From: Candidatus Omnitrophota bacterium
Lineage (GTDB): Bacteria > Omnitrophota > Gorgyraeia > Gygaellales > Profunditerraquicolaceae
DNA length: 64,000 nucleotides
Direction: 5' to 3'
Assembly (NCBI GenBank): GCA_011620275.1
Contig: WOZK01000017.1
Span: forward strand, 3,237-67,236
Positions within the stretch are counted from its first letter, which is position 1. Each line of letters opens with the position of its first letter. The translations under genes and the position numbers were made by a program. The notes under the pieces were generated by a model. The model saw only the letters and a program-made list of their open reading frames with translations, did no database searches and was not told the origin of the DNA. Shown in pieces: positions 19,688 through 31,072 of this stretch.

Positions 19688-20848
19688 ATGAAACGGATTT
19701 TCGTTCTGGGGTCTACCGGTTCCATCGGAACGGCGGCTCTTGATGTAATCGGGAGCCGTCCCGATGAATTCCGTCTCGTTGGTCTTGGGGCTAACTCGAG
19801 CGTGGGCCTTCTGGCGCGCCAGTCCGGAGTCTTTAGACCGCCTGCGGTCTGGATAGGAGACAAGGCGGCGGCCGGGCGTTTTGTCTGCGGGAACGCCGCG
19901 GGCGGGAAAGGCGTTTTCGCGGGTCCCGAAAGTTTCCCCGCGGCGCTCGAGAAGAGCAGGGCGGATATTGTGCTGGTCGCCGTCAGCGGAGCCGCGGCCT
20001 TAATGCCTTTAATGGAAATCCTGGAGCGTGGCATAGATGTAGCACTGGCAAATAAAGAGGCCCTGGTGATGGCCGGCGGACGCGTAATGAAGCTCGGCGC
20101 GAAAAACAAGGCCCGTATCCTTCCGGTTGACAGCGAACAATCCGCGATATGGCAGTGTCTCTCCTGTAATCCTTCCCGCGTTTTCGAGAGAATATACCTG
20201 ACGGCGTCCGGCGGCCCTTTACGCGGCATGAGCGTCTCGGATTTGCGCCGCGCCGGGCTTAGAGAGGTCCTGCGTCACCCGCGCTGGAAGATGGGCAGGA
20301 AGATCACCGTGGACTCCGCCACGCTGATGAACAAAGGACTGGAGGTCATAGAGGCGATGCATCTGTTCGGCGCGTCCTGCGACGACATCCGCGTCGTGGT
20401 GCACCCCGAAGCGGTGGTGCATTCCATGGTTGAGTTCAGGGACGGCAGCGTCATCGCCCAGCTATCGGTCCCGGATATGCGCATACCGATCCAGTACGCT
20501 TTTTCCTATCCGGACAGGTTGGAAAATATAGCGGGCAGGCTTGATTTTTCCAGGCTCGGCAGGCTAAATTTCGAGAAGCCCGATTTCAGGAGGTTTCCTT
20601 GCCTGGGGCTGGCCTACGCGGCCGCGCGCCGGGGAGGCACACTGCCGGCTGTAATGAACGCCGCGAATGAATCCTGCGTGGCGGCTTTCATTTCCGGCGG
20701 AATAGGTTTTATGGACATCCCGGCCGTGGTTTCTTTGGTAATGGAGGCGCACAAAGACCGAGGAGACGGTTCCTTGGAAGCGGTCTTCAAGGCCGACGCC
20801 TGGGCCAGACAGAAGGCGGAGTACTTCCTCCGCAGGAGGCGTAAATAA
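19688..20848 (+). CDS. dxr: 1-deoxy-D-xylulose 5-phosphate reductoisomerase
   Basis: LGSTGSIG, LANKEALV, PVDSE, TASGGP, HPRWKMGRKITVDSATLMNKGLE. Confidence 0.96.
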   Translation: MKRIFVLGSTGSIGTAALDVIGSRPDEFRLVGLGANSSVGLLARQSGVFRPPAVWIGDKAAAGRFVCGNAAGGKGVFAGPESFPAALEKSRADIVLVAVSGAAALMPLMEILERGIDVALANKEALVMAGGRVMKLGAKNKARILPVDSEQSAIWQCLSCNPSRVFERIYLTASGGPLRGMSVSDLRRAGLREVLRHPRWKMGRKITVDSATLMNKGLEVIEAMHLFGASCDDIRVVVHPEAVVHSMVEFRDGSVIAQLSVPDMRIPIQYAFSYPDRLENIAGRLDFSRLGRLNFEKPDFRRFPCLGLAYAAARRGGTLPAVMNAANESCVAAFISGGIGFMDIPAVVSLVMEAHKDRGDGSLEAVFKADAWARQKAEYFLRRRRK

Positions 20849-20851
20849 AAT

Positions 20852-21919
20852 ATGTTTTCCCTGTTGATTTTCGTTATACTTCTCGGTGTGCTCATCTTCG
20901 TGCATGAATTGGGACATTTTCTGATGGCGAAGCGCGCCGGGGTGAGGGTGGAGAGATTTTCACTGGGGTTCGGCCCGGTCTTGTTCAGCAGGACGGTCAA
21001 CGGCACCTTGTATTCGCTTTGCGCCGTGCCGCTCGGCGGGTTCGTTAAGATGGCCGGCGACGCGGCCGGGGAGGCGAAAGGCGGCAGGGACGAATATTAT
21101 TCCCAGCCGGTGTTCAAACGCGCCTTGATAATAATCTGCGGCCCTTTTATGAATTATCTCACCGGGATAATCTGTTTCATCCTGGTTTTCTGGATTGGTT
21201 ATCCGTCTCTCGGCACGAAGATCGGCCTGGTTTTGGACGGTTACGGGGCGCAGGCGGCCGGCATGCTAAAAGGGGACAGGATAATTTCCATAGACGGGAG
21301 CAAGACCCTTTACTGGGAGGACGTCCAGCGATTGATGCGGCTCAAACAGTCTTCCGCTAACGCGCTGGTGGCCGTTGACAGGGACGGGAAGAGCCTAGAA
21401 CTGAATGTTCAGCTTAAGGCCGGTCCCGCAACAGGGGTAAAGCCCGGGGCCTTCCTAGGGGTTTCTCCGGCGGAAGAAACGTTGGTGATAAAACGCGGTT
21501 TCATCGAGTCCGTGCGCCAGGGCATCCTGCGTTCGGGAGAATTGACGGTATTGACGTACAAAGCGTTCTGGTGGATGATAACCGGCAGGTTATCTCTGCG
21601 GGATTCAGTGACCGGTCCTGTCGGCATATTCGTGATAACCTCCAAGGCGGTCAGCGTCGGGATAAGCGCGGTGTTGAGCCTGGCCGCGGTGCTGAGCTTA
21701 AGCCTGGCCATATTCAACCTTCTTCCGTTCCCGGTGCTCGACGGGGGGCATCTGGCGTTCCTTCTGCTGGAAAAACTGCGCGGCCGGCCGCTTTCGGCAA
21801 GGGCGGAGAACATTGTCGGCAATGCGGGTATGTATGCCCTTATACTGATGGCGGTGTTCGTGACTTACAACGACGTATTGAGATTTTTCGGCGACAGGAT
21901 CAAACACTTTTTTCGGTGA
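20852..21919 (+). CDS. rseP: RIP metalloprotease RseP (M50, PDZ)
   Basis: HELGH, PLGGFV, NLLPFPVLDGG. Confidence 0.93.
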   Translation: MFSLLIFVILLGVLIFVHELGHFLMAKRAGVRVERFSLGFGPVLFSRTVNGTLYSLCAVPLGGFVKMAGDAAGEAKGGRDEYYSQPVFKRALIIICGPFMNYLTGIICFILVFWIGYPSLGTKIGLVLDGYGAQAAGMLKGDRIISIDGSKTLYWEDVQRLMRLKQSSANALVAVDRDGKSLELNVQLKAGPATGVKPGAFLGVSPAEETLVIKRGFIESVRQGILRSGELTVLTYKAFWWMITGRLSLRDSVTGPVGIFVITSKAVSVGISAVLSLAAVLSLSLAIFNLLPFPVLDGGHLAFLLLEKLRGRPLSARAENIVGNAGMYALILMAVFVTYNDVLRFFGDRIKHFFR

Positions 21920-21945
21920 ACGGCGGTTGCAAAAAGATAGATAAG

Positions 21946-22998
21946 ATGAAAAGACGCAAGACCAGAACGGTGCGGATCGGCGGGGTGCGGATCGGCGGCA
22001 ACAATCCGGTGGCGATACAATCCATGACCAAAGTTAAGACCTCTTGCGTCGACAAGGTCGCCTCCCAGCTGCGCCTGCTGGAAAAGGAAGGATGCGAAAT
22101 AATCCGCCTTTCCGTCAAGGACGCGGAGGACGCGCTGGCGCTGCGCAGGATAAAGCGCCTGACGAAAATGCCGGTGGTGGCCGACATACATTTCGACTGG
22201 CGCCTGGCGCTGGAGGCGATACGCAGCGGCGTGGATAAGATCAGGATAAATCCCGGCAATATCAGCGACAGGAAAAATCTGGCGCAGGTGGCCGCGGCCG
22301 CTCTCTCAGCCGGCGTCGCCGTGCGCCTGGGTATAAATTCAGGTTCTCTGCCGGACGGGAAAGGGGATACGGTCTCCCGTATGGTAAAGGGGGCTTTGCA
22401 TTACCTGCGTATCCTTGAGGATGAAGGGTTGTCGCGGATGGTAGTTTCGCTCAAGGCCTCTTCCGCGGGGGAGACCGTCGATGCTTACACCAGGATGTCT
22501 TCTTTATGCGATTATCCCCTGCATCTGGGGGTCACAGCCACCGGCCTGCCGGGGCATGGTCTTGTTAAGTCTTCAGTCGCCATAGGGGCATTGCTATTGA
22601 ACGGGATCGGTGATACAATAAGAGTATCTCTTACCGACACCCCCCAGCAGGAAGTCAGGGCGGCCAAGCTTATCCTGGAGGCCGCAGGAGCGCGTACCTT
22701 CGGCCATGAGGTAATAAGCTGCCCGACATGCGGCAGGTGCGAAGTGGATCTCGCCGGGACGGTCAGGGAACTTGGGCGGGCGATCTCCGCTATGCCTGCG
22801 CAGAGAGGCAGGCACCTCAAGATCGCCGTGATGGGCTGCGTGGTAAACGGCCCCGGAGAGGCTTCTGCTGCCGATATAGGCATCGCTTTCGGCAAAAAAG
22901 AGGGACTGCTCTTCAAATCCGGCAGGCCCTGCGGAAAAGTCAAATACGAAAATTGCCTGCCGGCGCTTTTGTCTGAGATAAGAAAGATGAGCGGATAG
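21946..22998 (+). CDS. ispG: HMBPP synthase
   Basis: IQSMT, ADIHFD, RINPGN, GIGDTIRVSL, SCPTCGR, MGCVVNGPGE. Confidence 0.96.
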   Translation: MKRRKTRTVRIGGVRIGGNNPVAIQSMTKVKTSCVDKVASQLRLLEKEGCEIIRLSVKDAEDALALRRIKRLTKMPVVADIHFDWRLALEAIRSGVDKIRINPGNISDRKNLAQVAAAALSAGVAVRLGINSGSLPDGKGDTVSRMVKGALHYLRILEDEGLSRMVVSLKASSAGETVDAYTRMSSLCDYPLHLGVTATGLPGHGLVKSSVAIGALLLNGIGDTIRVSLTDTPQQEVRAAKLILEAAGARTFGHEVISCPTCGRCEVDLAGTVRELGRAISAMPAQRGRHLKIAVMGCVVNGPGEASAADIGIAFGKKEGLLFKSGRPCGKVKYENCLPALLSEIRKMSG

Positions 22999-23026
22999 TC
23001 AACGTATAAAACAAAGGGATCCGGTT

Positions 23027-24265
23027 ATGTTATGGACGAAGTCATTCATCCCTACTCTTAAAGAGATCCCGCAGGAAGCGGAGTCGGTCAGCCACCAGTT
23101 GATGCTGAGGGCAGGATTGATACGCATGCTTGTTTCCGGGGTCTATTCATATTTACCGCTGGGCCTGCGCGTGCTGAATAATATCTGCCGCCTCCTGCGG
23201 CGCGAGATGGAGGGCGTCGGGGCGGCGGAACTGCTTTTACCGGCCCTGCAGCCTATGGACCTCTGGACGAGGTCCGGCCGTGAGAAAGATATTGCCGATA
23301 TTATGATCAGGTTCGTAGACAGGAGAGGCCGTAATATATGCCTCGGGCCGACGCATGAAGAGGTGATTACCGACATGGTACGTTCTACCGTTAATTCCTA
23401 CCGTCAACTGCCGGTGGTGCTCTATCAGATACAGACCAAATATCGCGACGAGATCCGTCCGCGTTTCGGGGTAGTCCGGTCCTGCGAGTTCATAATGAAA
23501 GACGCCTACAGCTTTGACCGCGACGAAGAGGGCCTGGAGAAGAATTACCGTAATATGTATGAAGCCTATCTGCGCATATTCGCTTCTTGCGGTCTGAAGG
23601 TAATGGCGGTGGAGGCGGATTCCGGGGTCATGGGAGGCAAGGTGTCTCATGAATTCATGGTGCCGGCGGCAAGCGGAGAGGACAGCGTATTTTGCTGTCC
23701 GTGTTGCGCGAAAACATACCCGGCTTCCGGTGAAGAGCGAAAGTGTCCGTCATGCGGGGCGGAGATGAAGAAACACGGCACGCTGGAGATCGGGCACATC
23801 TTTAAGCTCGGGACCAAATACAGCGCGGCGCTGGGGGCCAATTTCACGGATGAGGGCGGTAAACAGCATCCGATAATAATGGGGTGTTACGGGATCGGCG
23901 TGTCCCGTTTGATGGCCGCCGTGATAGAGCAGAATCATGATCAGGCCGGGATCATCTGGCCCGGGCAGATCAGCCCTTACAAGGTGGTGATCTCCGCGCT
24001 GGATATGACCAATCCAGTTATCGCCGCCAAGGCCGGCGAGGTTTACAACGATCTTTCCTCGCGCGGCGTGGAAGTCATTCTGGACGACCGTCAGGAGCGC
24101 GCCGGCGTTAAATTCAAGGACGCCGAGCTCCTGGGTTTCCCGCTGCAGATAATTGTCGGTAAAGAGACGGCCGGCAGCGGCAGGCTGGAGCTGAAGGCGC
24201 GCGGAAGCAGCGAGAAACTTTTAGCCGGCAAAGAGGAAATTTATAAAAGGGTGCTGGATTCTTAA
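23027..24265 (+). CDS. proS: Prolyl-tRNA synthetase, short form; editing domain replaced by a small Cys-rich insert
   Basis: LGPTHEE, KYRDEIRPRFG, EFIMKDAYSF, EIGHIFKLGTKYS, MGCYGIG; 412 aa. Confidence 0.95.
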   Translation: MLWTKSFIPTLKEIPQEAESVSHQLMLRAGLIRMLVSGVYSYLPLGLRVLNNICRLLRREMEGVGAAELLLPALQPMDLWTRSGREKDIADIMIRFVDRRGRNICLGPTHEEVITDMVRSTVNSYRQLPVVLYQIQTKYRDEIRPRFGVVRSCEFIMKDAYSFDRDEEGLEKNYRNMYEAYLRIFASCGLKVMAVEADSGVMGGKVSHEFMVPAASGEDSVFCCPCCAKTYPASGEERKCPSCGAEMKKHGTLEIGHIFKLGTKYSAALGANFTDEGGKQHPIIMGCYGIGVSRLMAAVIEQNHDQAGIIWPGQISPYKVVISALDMTNPVIAAKAGEVYNDLSSRGVEVILDDRQERAGVKFKDAELLGFPLQIIVGKETAGSGRLELKARGSSEKLLAGKEEIYKRVLDS

Positions 24266-24281
24266 GGGGGTTTCTGTTAAA

Positions 24282-24761
24282 ATGGAAGAATGGGGCTTAG
24301 AAACGCGTTTAAAAGCGCTGGTTGAAGAATATTTCGGCGGCCGCGGCCTGGAGATAGTGGAATATTTCTGTCGTATTGAAGGTCGTACTTTTGCCTTGCG
24401 TATACTCGCGGACAGGCGCGAGGGAGGCATAAGTATGGATGAGTGCGCCGGGGCTAACCGGGAACTGACGCGCGTTATCGACGCGGCATTCGAGGGGACG
24501 GGCGGCCTGGATTATTCCCTGGAGGTTTCTTCTCCGGGAGCGGACAGGCCACTGCGGATCCGCAGTGATTTCTCCAGATGCAGGGGCGCGCTTGTGCATT
24601 TTTTTCTCAAAGAGCCCGTTGGCGGTAAAGTGGAGCCGGAAGGTACCTTGAAACAGGTTTGTGAGGAATACGTTGAAGCGGAGATCAACGGCGAAGCGAT
24701 AAATGTGCCTTTCGGGATCATAAATATGGCAAAACAGGTATTGAACAGGAATAGGGAGTGA
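24282..24761 (+). CDS. rimP: Ribosome maturation factor RimP
   Basis: GISMDEC, YSLEVSSPGADRPL; upstream of nusA. Confidence 0.9.
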   Translation: MEEWGLETRLKALVEEYFGGRGLEIVEYFCRIEGRTFALRILADRREGGISMDECAGANRELTRVIDAAFEGTGGLDYSLEVSSPGADRPLRIRSDFSRCRGALVHFFLKEPVGGKVEPEGTLKQVCEEYVEAEINGEAINVPFGIINMAKQVLNRNRE

Positions 24762-24767
24762 TTGGGT

Positions 24768-26000
24768 ATGAGTCAGGAATTGATTGCTATAATAGAACAG
24801 ATTGAAAGAGAAAAAGGGATAAAGAAGGAAGTCCTGTTGGAAGCCGTGCAGAGCGCTCTCGTCAGCGCAGCGCGCAAGGTGCTGGACGCCGAGCAGGAAG
24901 ACAATATCACCGTCGAGATAGATCCCAAGAACGGCAGGATAAAGGCCTTCAGGGACGGGAAGGAGATAGATTCCATAGATTTCGGCCGTATCGCGGCATC
25001 CACCGCCAGGCAGGTGATCATACAGAAAATCCGGGAGGCTGAAAAAGATGTAATTTTCAGCGAGTTCAACGGCAGGGTGGGAGAGATCGTTTCCGGAACC
25101 GTTTACAGGTTCGAGAAAGGCAACATTATCGTAGATCTGCTGGGAAAAGCGGAAGGGATACTTCCCAAAAGGGAACAGTCCAGCCGGGAGGAGTTTAAGC
25201 AGGGGCAGCGCATCAGGGCTTATGTGGTGGAGGTCAGGAAAGAGACCAAAGGACCGCAGATCATACTTTCCAGGGCCCATCCCAATATGGTGAAGAAGTT
25301 TTTCGAACTGGAGGTCCCGGAGATCTTCGACGGTATAGTGGAGATAAAATCCATATCCAGACAGGCCGGGGAGCGCACCAAGATTGCCGTTTGGTCCAAG
25401 AACGACAAAGTCGATTCCGTGGGCGCCTGCGTAGGCATGCGCGGCAACCGCGTGCGCAACATCGTAAACGAACTCGGCGGGGAAAAGATAGACATAGTCA
25501 GGTATAACGAAGACATCCGCGAATACATCAAAGCCGCGCTTTCGCCGGCAAAGATCAGCGAGATCAAACTTGACAAGGAGAATTTGAAAGCGCAGGTCAT
25601 AGTTGACGACGACCAGTTATCCCTGGCCATTGGCAAGCACGGCCAGAATGTGCGTCTGGCCTCTAAACTGATCGGCTGGGAGCTTGATATCCGCACCAAG
25701 AGCAGCCTTTTGGAGGGGGGAAACAAAGCGGCGGGAGAGACGAGCGCAAAAGAAGCCGCCGAAACCGCTTCCTCTCAAGTCCAGGCCGGGGACGGCGCGG
25801 CGGAGGAGGAAGAAAGGGCGGGACTGAAGTCCCTGCCTGGAGCGGGAGAAAAGACCGTCGCGGCCATGAAAGAGGTCGGATTCAATTCTCTTAGCGACAT
25901 AGCCGGGGCTGCGGTGGAGGACCTGATTAAAGTTAAGGGAATAGGAGAGAAGAAAGCGGGAAAACTCATAACCGAAGCGAAAGGTCTTTTAAATAAATAG
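24768..26000 (+). CDS. nusA: Transcription termination factor NusA
   Basis: FGRIAA.TARQVI.QKIREAE, S1/KH domains, LSLAIGKHGQNVRLA; C-terminal HhH. Confidence 0.97.
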   Translation: MSQELIAIIEQIEREKGIKKEVLLEAVQSALVSAARKVLDAEQEDNITVEIDPKNGRIKAFRDGKEIDSIDFGRIAASTARQVIIQKIREAEKDVIFSEFNGRVGEIVSGTVYRFEKGNIIVDLLGKAEGILPKREQSSREEFKQGQRIRAYVVEVRKETKGPQIILSRAHPNMVKKFFELEVPEIFDGIVEIKSISRQAGERTKIAVWSKNDKVDSVGACVGMRGNRVRNIVNELGGEKIDIVRYNEDIREYIKAALSPAKISEIKLDKENLKAQVIVDDDQLSLAIGKHGQNVRLASKLIGWELDIRTKSSLLEGGNKAAGETSAKEAAETASSQVQAGDGAAEEEERAGLKSLPGAGEKTVAAMKEVGFNSLSDIAGAAVEDLIKVKGIGEKKAGKLITEAKGLLNK

Positions 26001-26034
26001 AGTTCAGCGTATTGAACCGAGAGATTTTACCGAT

Positions 26035-28242
26035 ATGACCAAAAATAAAGATACGAAAAAAGAGAAAAAGGAAGAGTCCAGGGATTTGAAGAAAAGCGCC
26101 GCCGTTCCCAAAAAGGCCGCCGTAAAGACGCCCGCAGTCAAGCCCGCGAAACGCAGCATAAAGAAAAAAGAGGCGCCGCAGGCCGGGGATATCACGATCA
26201 AGGCTCCTGCCTCCGTTAAACCGGCGCGTAAGCGGGTAACCGTCGTGCGTAAGAAGGCCGCTCTCGCCGCGCCGGCAAAGCCCGAAGACAACAAACCGCA
26301 AACGGCAGAGGAGGCGGTTCCTCATCATAAAGTTGTCCCGGAGCATAAAACTGCGGCGGTAACAGCGCAGGCCGGGCAGCCGGCGGGCAAAGACCAGGTG
26401 CCGGTCAAGCCGGCCGCGCCGGCAGAACAGAAGAAGACCCCGGCTCCCGCACCGGAACCCGCCGCGCAGGCGCAGGAAGAATCGAAAGAAAGAGAACTGC
26501 TTCTGGAGATACCCATCGCCGTGAAGGATCTGGCGGTGAAGATGCAGGAAAAACCTTCCGTTCTTCTGAAAAACCTTATGGATATGAAGATTATGGCGAC
26601 CATTAACCAGTTGCTCGATGAACCGACCGTCTGCCGGCTCTGCGCTAAATACAGATTCAAGTTCGTTCCGGCCCCGGGCGTGGAGGAGACCGCTCTGGGT
26701 ATGCATAGCGCGCCGGACAGGAAAGAATTGCTGAAGCCGCGCGCTCCTATAGTTACGTTTATGGGGCACGTCGACCACGGTAAAACGTCGCTGCTGGACG
26801 CCATCAGGAAGACGAAGGTGGCGGATTCGGAGCATGGGGGAATTACCCAGCATATGAGCGCCTACCGCGTGGTGCTGAATAACGGTGAGATAACTTTTAT
26901 AGATACTCCCGGTCACGAGGCATTCACCGCGATGCGCGCCCGCGGGGCCGGCGTTACCGACATAGTGGTGCTTGTCGTCGCCGCCGACGACGGCGTTATG
27001 CCGCAGACCGTGGAGGCGATAGACCATAGCCGCGCGGCCGGGGTCTCCATTATTACGGCCCTGAACAAGGTGGACAAGGCCCAGGCCAACCTTGACAGAG
27101 TAAAGAAACAATTGGCCGATATGAACCTGGCCTCGGAGGACTGGGGAGGCAAGACTATTACGGTCCCGGTCTCTGCTAAGACCGGTCAAGGTATAGATGA
27201 TCTGCTGGAGATGATACTTCTGGAAGCGCAGATGCTCGAATTGAAAGCTAATCCCGGCAAGCCTGGGAAAGGCATAGTGCTGGAAGCGGAGCTCAGCAGG
27301 CACCGCGGAACAGTCTGCACCCTGCTTGTCCGGGAAGGAACCCTGAATGTCAACGATACCATTATCGTCGGCAAGCAATACGGTAAGGTGAAAGCGATGT
27401 TCGACGACCACGGCCGTAACGTTCAGTCGGCGCCTCCTTCGTTCCCGGTGGAGATACTCGGGTTGTCCGGTGTGCCGCAGGCCGGCGAGCAGTTTTTCGT
27501 AGTGCCGGACGAAAAGGCAGCCAAGGACATAGCTTTGAAGAGGCAGGAAGAGGAGCGCTTGCGCCAGGTCAAGGCACCCAAACGTATCAGTCTGGAGGAC
27601 TTGCACACCAAGATAAAAGAAGGCATCGTCAAAGAGCTCAAGTTGATCATCAAAGGCGACACCCAGGGTTCGCTGGAAGCGATCAAGGACATCATAGTAA
27701 AAATGGCGGTGGACGAGATCAAGATGGAGATAATGCACGCCGGTGTGGGCAACATAAATTCTTCCGACGTGGTGCTGGCGGCGGCCTCCGACGCCCTGGT
27801 TATGGGGTTCAATGTCTCAGCTGACGATATGGCAAAGGATATGGCCGTCAGGGAAGGCGTGGACATAAGAATATACAACATAATTTACGAGCTCGGTAAC
27901 GAGATAAAGGCCGCCCTGGAGGGGATGCTGGAACCGAAACTGAAGAAAGTATTCCAGGGCAGGGGGGATGTGCGTAAGGTATTCCGGCTCTCCAAAGGAG
28001 GGACGATCGCCGGCTGCATGGTGGTCAAGGGGCGCATACAGAGGAACGCCGCGGCTTCGCTCCTGCGCAACGGAGAACAGGTTTACGAAGGGAAAATCTC
28101 CTCGGTGAAGCGTTTCAAGGACGACGTCAAGGAAGTTAACGAAGGATTCGAATGCGGTATCTCACTGGGCGGTTTCGACGCTTTCCAGGAGGGCGACGTC
28201 ATCGAAACGTACAACATCGAAAGGATCGCCAGAAAACTTTAG
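26035..28242 (+). CDS. infB: Translation initiation factor IF-2
   Basis: [31 protein letters not shown]; Lys/Ala/Pro-rich N-terminus. Confidence 0.98.
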   Translation: MTKNKDTKKEKKEESRDLKKSAAVPKKAAVKTPAVKPAKRSIKKKEAPQAGDITIKAPASVKPARKRVTVVRKKAALAAPAKPEDNKPQTAEEAVPHHKVVPEHKTAAVTAQAGQPAGKDQVPVKPAAPAEQKKTPAPAPEPAAQAQEESKERELLLEIPIAVKDLAVKMQEKPSVLLKNLMDMKIMATINQLLDEPTVCRLCAKYRFKFVPAPGVEETALGMHSAPDRKELLKPRAPIVTFMGHVDHGKTSLLDAIRKTKVADSEHGGITQHMSAYRVVLNNGEITFIDTPGHEAFTAMRARGAGVTDIVVLVVAADDGVMPQTVEAIDHSRAAGVSIITALNKVDKAQANLDRVKKQLADMNLASEDWGGKTITVPVSAKTGQGIDDLLEMILLEAQMLELKANPGKPGKGIVLEAELSRHRGTVCTLLVREGTLNVNDTIIVGKQYGKVKAMFDDHGRNVQSAPPSFPVEILGLSGVPQAGEQFFVVPDEKAAKDIALKRQEEERLRQVKAPKRISLEDLHTKIKEGIVKELKLIIKGDTQGSLEAIKDIIVKMAVDEIKMEIMHAGVGNINSSDVVLAAASDALVMGFNVSADDMAKDMAVREGVDIRIYNIIYELGNEIKAALEGMLEPKLKKVFQGRGDVRKVFRLSKGGTIAGCMVVKGRIQRNAAASLLRNGEQVYEGKISSVKRFKDDVKEVNEGFECGISLGGFDAFQEGDVIETYNIERIARKL

Positions 28243-28270
28243 CGCTTCTTTAAAAGGCGGCACCTGTTCT

Positions 28271-29251
28271 ATGAAGCAGACCATATTGAGCGGCATACGC
28301 CCTACCGGAAAACTCCACCTGGGGCACCTTGTCGGCGCGCTCGCCAACTGGGTTAAGCTCCAGGAAGAATACAGATGTTTTTTTATGGCAGCCGACTGGC
28401 ACGCCTTGATGGGGGAGTATGAAGACCCGTCTTTCATGCCGGGGAACATAATCGATAACGTCGCAGACTGGCTCAGCGCAGGCATCGATCCTTCCAAATG
28501 CAGTGTTTTTATTCAATCCAGGGTCGGGCAGCACCTCGACCTGAACATGATTCTCTCCTGTTTAGTTCCCCTCGGCTGGCTTGAGCGGTGCCCCACTTAC
28601 AAAGAGCAGTTGCGGGAAGTGACCATCCGCGACCTCAACACTTACGGTTTTCTCGGTTATCCGGTTCTGCAGGCCGCCGATATACTTCTTTACAAGGCGG
28701 ATAAAGTGCCGGTCGGGGAGGACCAGCTTCCTCATCTGGAGCTTACCAGGGAGATCGCCCGCAGGTTCAACAGCCTTTACGGACTCGCGGTATTCCCCGA
28801 GCCCGGCGCGCTTCTGACCGACAGTCCGCGCCTGCCCGGCCTGGACGGCAGGAAGATGAGCAAGAGTTACGGCAACGCCGTTTATCTTTCCGACGACGAT
28901 GCTGCCGTATTCGCCAAAGTTTCTTCGATGATTACCGATCCGGCGCGCGCGCGCAAATCGGATAAAGGCCACCCGGAAGTATGCAACGTCTTTTCCTATT
29001 ACTCGGTCTTCTGGCCTGAGAAGGCGAGGGAGACCGCGGACTCCTGCCGGAACGCATCCATAGGGTGCACGGAATGCAAAAAGATGCTCGCCGTGGAACT
29101 CTGCGGGATACTCTCTCCTCTGAGGGAGAAACGGGCGGAACTGTTGAATAAATCCGGGTACATAGAGGACGTGCTCAGGGAAGGCGCCGCCAAGGCCTCG
29201 GTCGTCGCCGCGGCCACGCTCGAAGAAGCCAGGAGGGCGATGAAGATATGA
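28271..29251 (+). CDS. trpS: Tryptophanyl-tRNA synthetase
   Basis: SGIRPTG.LHLGH, YPVLQAADIL, VPVGEDQ, KMSKS. Confidence 0.96.
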   Translation: MKQTILSGIRPTGKLHLGHLVGALANWVKLQEEYRCFFMAADWHALMGEYEDPSFMPGNIIDNVADWLSAGIDPSKCSVFIQSRVGQHLDLNMILSCLVPLGWLERCPTYKEQLREVTIRDLNTYGFLGYPVLQAADILLYKADKVPVGEDQLPHLELTREIARRFNSLYGLAVFPEPGALLTDSPRLPGLDGRKMSKSYGNAVYLSDDDAAVFAKVSSMITDPARARKSDKGHPEVCNVFSYYSVFWPEKARETADSCRNASIGCTECKKMLAVELCGILSPLREKRAELLNKSGYIEDVLREGAAKASVVAAATLEEARRAMKI

Positions 29252-30036
29252 GCTATAAAGTCAGGCTGGAACTTTTTGAAGGGCCGCTGGACCTGCTGCT
29301 TTACCTGGTGAAAAAAGACCATTTGAACATCTACGATATTCCTATCGCTCAAGTTACGGAGCAGTACCTAAAATACCTGGAATTGATGAAGCTGCTCGAC
29401 CTCGGCATAGCCGGGGATTTTCTCGTTATGGCGGCCACGCTGATGGAGATAAAATCCAAGATGCTGCTGCCAGCGGAGCAGGAAGAAGAGCGGCAGGAAG
29501 AACAGGGAGATCCGCGCGCGGAGCTGGTCAGGCGCCTGCTGGAATACGAGAAGTTCAAGAAAGTCGCCGACGAGTTGAAGGAGAGGGAATCGCTCCGGAT
29601 GAACCTTTTTAAACGGGCCCGCCCGCTGGAAAAGGAGGAGATATCCTCCGGGGAGGACGTGAAGGGAAGCGGAGAAGGGTATTTCGAGGCCAGTATATTC
29701 GATCTGATCAGCGCGTTTTCCAAGGCGATGCAGGAGGTGCCGAAAGAGATGTTCTACGAGGTGATCAAGGATGAATTCACCGTCGAGGACAAAATACATC
29801 ACATCCTGCATCTCCTGCTCGTGAAACAATCGACCACTCTTTCCGGACTCTTCGGTCAGGCCAGGAACAAGGTCGAGATAGCGGTCACTTTCCTGGCCAT
29901 CCTGGAACTGGTGCGCATGAAGGAGATAGTGGCGGTCCAGCGCGGTCTTTTTGAGGAAATAGAGGTGGTCAGGAACAGCGAGAACATAATTCCCTATGTC
30001 CCCTATGACAGAGCAGTCCAGACGGAAAATAATTAG
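29248..30036 (+). CDS. scpA: Segregation and condensation protein A
   Basis: [35 protein letters not shown]. Confidence 0.93.
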   Translation: MSYKVRLELFEGPLDLLLYLVKKDHLNIYDIPIAQVTEQYLKYLELMKLLDLGIAGDFLVMAATLMEIKSKMLLPAEQEEERQEEQGDPRAELVRRLLEYEKFKKVADELKERESLRMNLFKRARPLEKEEISSGEDVKGSGEGYFEASIFDLISAFSKAMQEVPKEMFYEVIKDEFTVEDKIHHILHLLLVKQSTTLSGLFGQARNKVEIAVTFLAILELVRMKEIVAVQRGLFEEIEVVRNSENIIPYVPYDRAVQTENN

Positions 30037-31072
30037 CGCCGGCATCGAAGGCGGGCAGGCCGAGGTATTCGACAAGATAGAGACGGAAGAGGATGTCGTC
30101 ATCAACCTTTCCGTGCGGCCGGAGCGCCTGGACGATTTCGTCGGCCAGAAGGAGACGGTTTCCAATCTTAAGGTATGCCTGGCCGCCGCCGCGCAGCGCG
30201 GTGAGCCGCTGGAACACGTTCTTCTCTCGGGCCCTCCCGGCCTCGGCAAGACCTCGCTTTCGCGCATAATCGCGCACGAGATGAATTCCAAGATAACCGC
30301 CACATCCGGTCCGGCCATCGAGAGGGCCGGGGACCTTATCGGCATATTGACCAACCTGGAAAAAGGAGATATCCTTTTCATAGACGAGATACACCGGCTT
30401 TCCAAGGTGGTCGAAGAGTTCCTTTATCCGGCCATAGAGAATTTCCAGATAGACTTCGTAATCGATAAAGGCCCTTACGCCAAGACCATAAAGTTCAATC
30501 TGAAACCGTTCACGTTGATCGGCGCGACCACACGTTCCGGACTGCTTTCCGCTCCTTTGCGCAGCAGGTTCGGGATACTTTATCATCTTGATTTCTACGC
30601 TCCGGAGGAGCTCTCCGCCATAATCAGGCGCTCGGCCGGGATATTGAACATAGAGATATCCGTCGACGCCGCCGGGGAAATGGCGCGCAGGTCGCGCGGC
30701 ACGCCCAGGATCGCCAACCGTCTGCTGCGCCGGGTAAGGGACTACGCGCAGGTTGAAGGCAGAAACGCCATAGATATAGAACTGGTGCGCAGCGCGCTGG
30801 AACGTCTGCGTATAGACCAGGCCGGGCTGGATGAGATGGACCGCAAGGTGCTCAGGATGATCGCCGAATATTACGGCGGCGGGCCGGTGGGCATTGAATC
30901 GCTCGCTGCCAGTCTCAACGAGGAGTCCGATACCATCGCCGACACCGTGGAACCTTATCTGCTCCAGATAGGGTTTCTAAAGCGCACCAGCCGCGGCAGG
31001 ATGATCTCCCGGCAGGCCTGCGAGCATCTCGGGTTGAAATGCCCCGCCGGAGAACAGACCGGTTTTTTTTAG
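30005..31072 (+). CDS. ruvB: Holliday junction helicase RuvB (start 29996 or 30005)
   Basis: [46 protein letters not shown]. Confidence 0.96.
   Translation: MTEQSRRKIISAGIEGGQAEVFDKIETEEDVVINLSVRPERLDDFVGQKETVSNLKVCLAAAAQRGEPLEHVLLSGPPGLGKTSLSRIIAHEMNSKITATSGPAIERAGDLIGILTNLEKGDILFIDEIHRLSKVVEEFLYPAIENFQIDFVIDKGPYAKTIKFNLKPFTLIGATTRSGLLSAPLRSRFGILYHLDFYAPEELSAIIRRSAGILNIEISVDAAGEMARRSRGTPRIANRLLRRVRDYAQVEGRNAIDIELVRSALERLRIDQAGLDEMDRKVLRMIAEYYGGGPVGIESLAASLNEESDTIADTVEPYLLQIGFLKRTSRGRMISRQACEHLGLKCPAGEQTGFF

Noticed and set aside
21571-21945. Long N-terminal extensions in the ORF track for ispG (also acsB, trpD, clpP, coaE, GH57, OmpA)
   Set aside because: They overlap upstream genes or spacers; downstream starts fit family lengths and mostly have SD sites or coupled stops.
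26035-26500. Lys/Ala/Pro-rich stretch as a separate histone-like gene or DNA repeat
   Set aside because: It is the in-frame low-complexity N-terminus commonly found in IF-2.
25966-27738. 590-aa reverse-strand ORF
   Set aside because: Almost entirely antisense to infB with no recognisable motifs; a typical shadow ORF of a GC-rich conserved gene.
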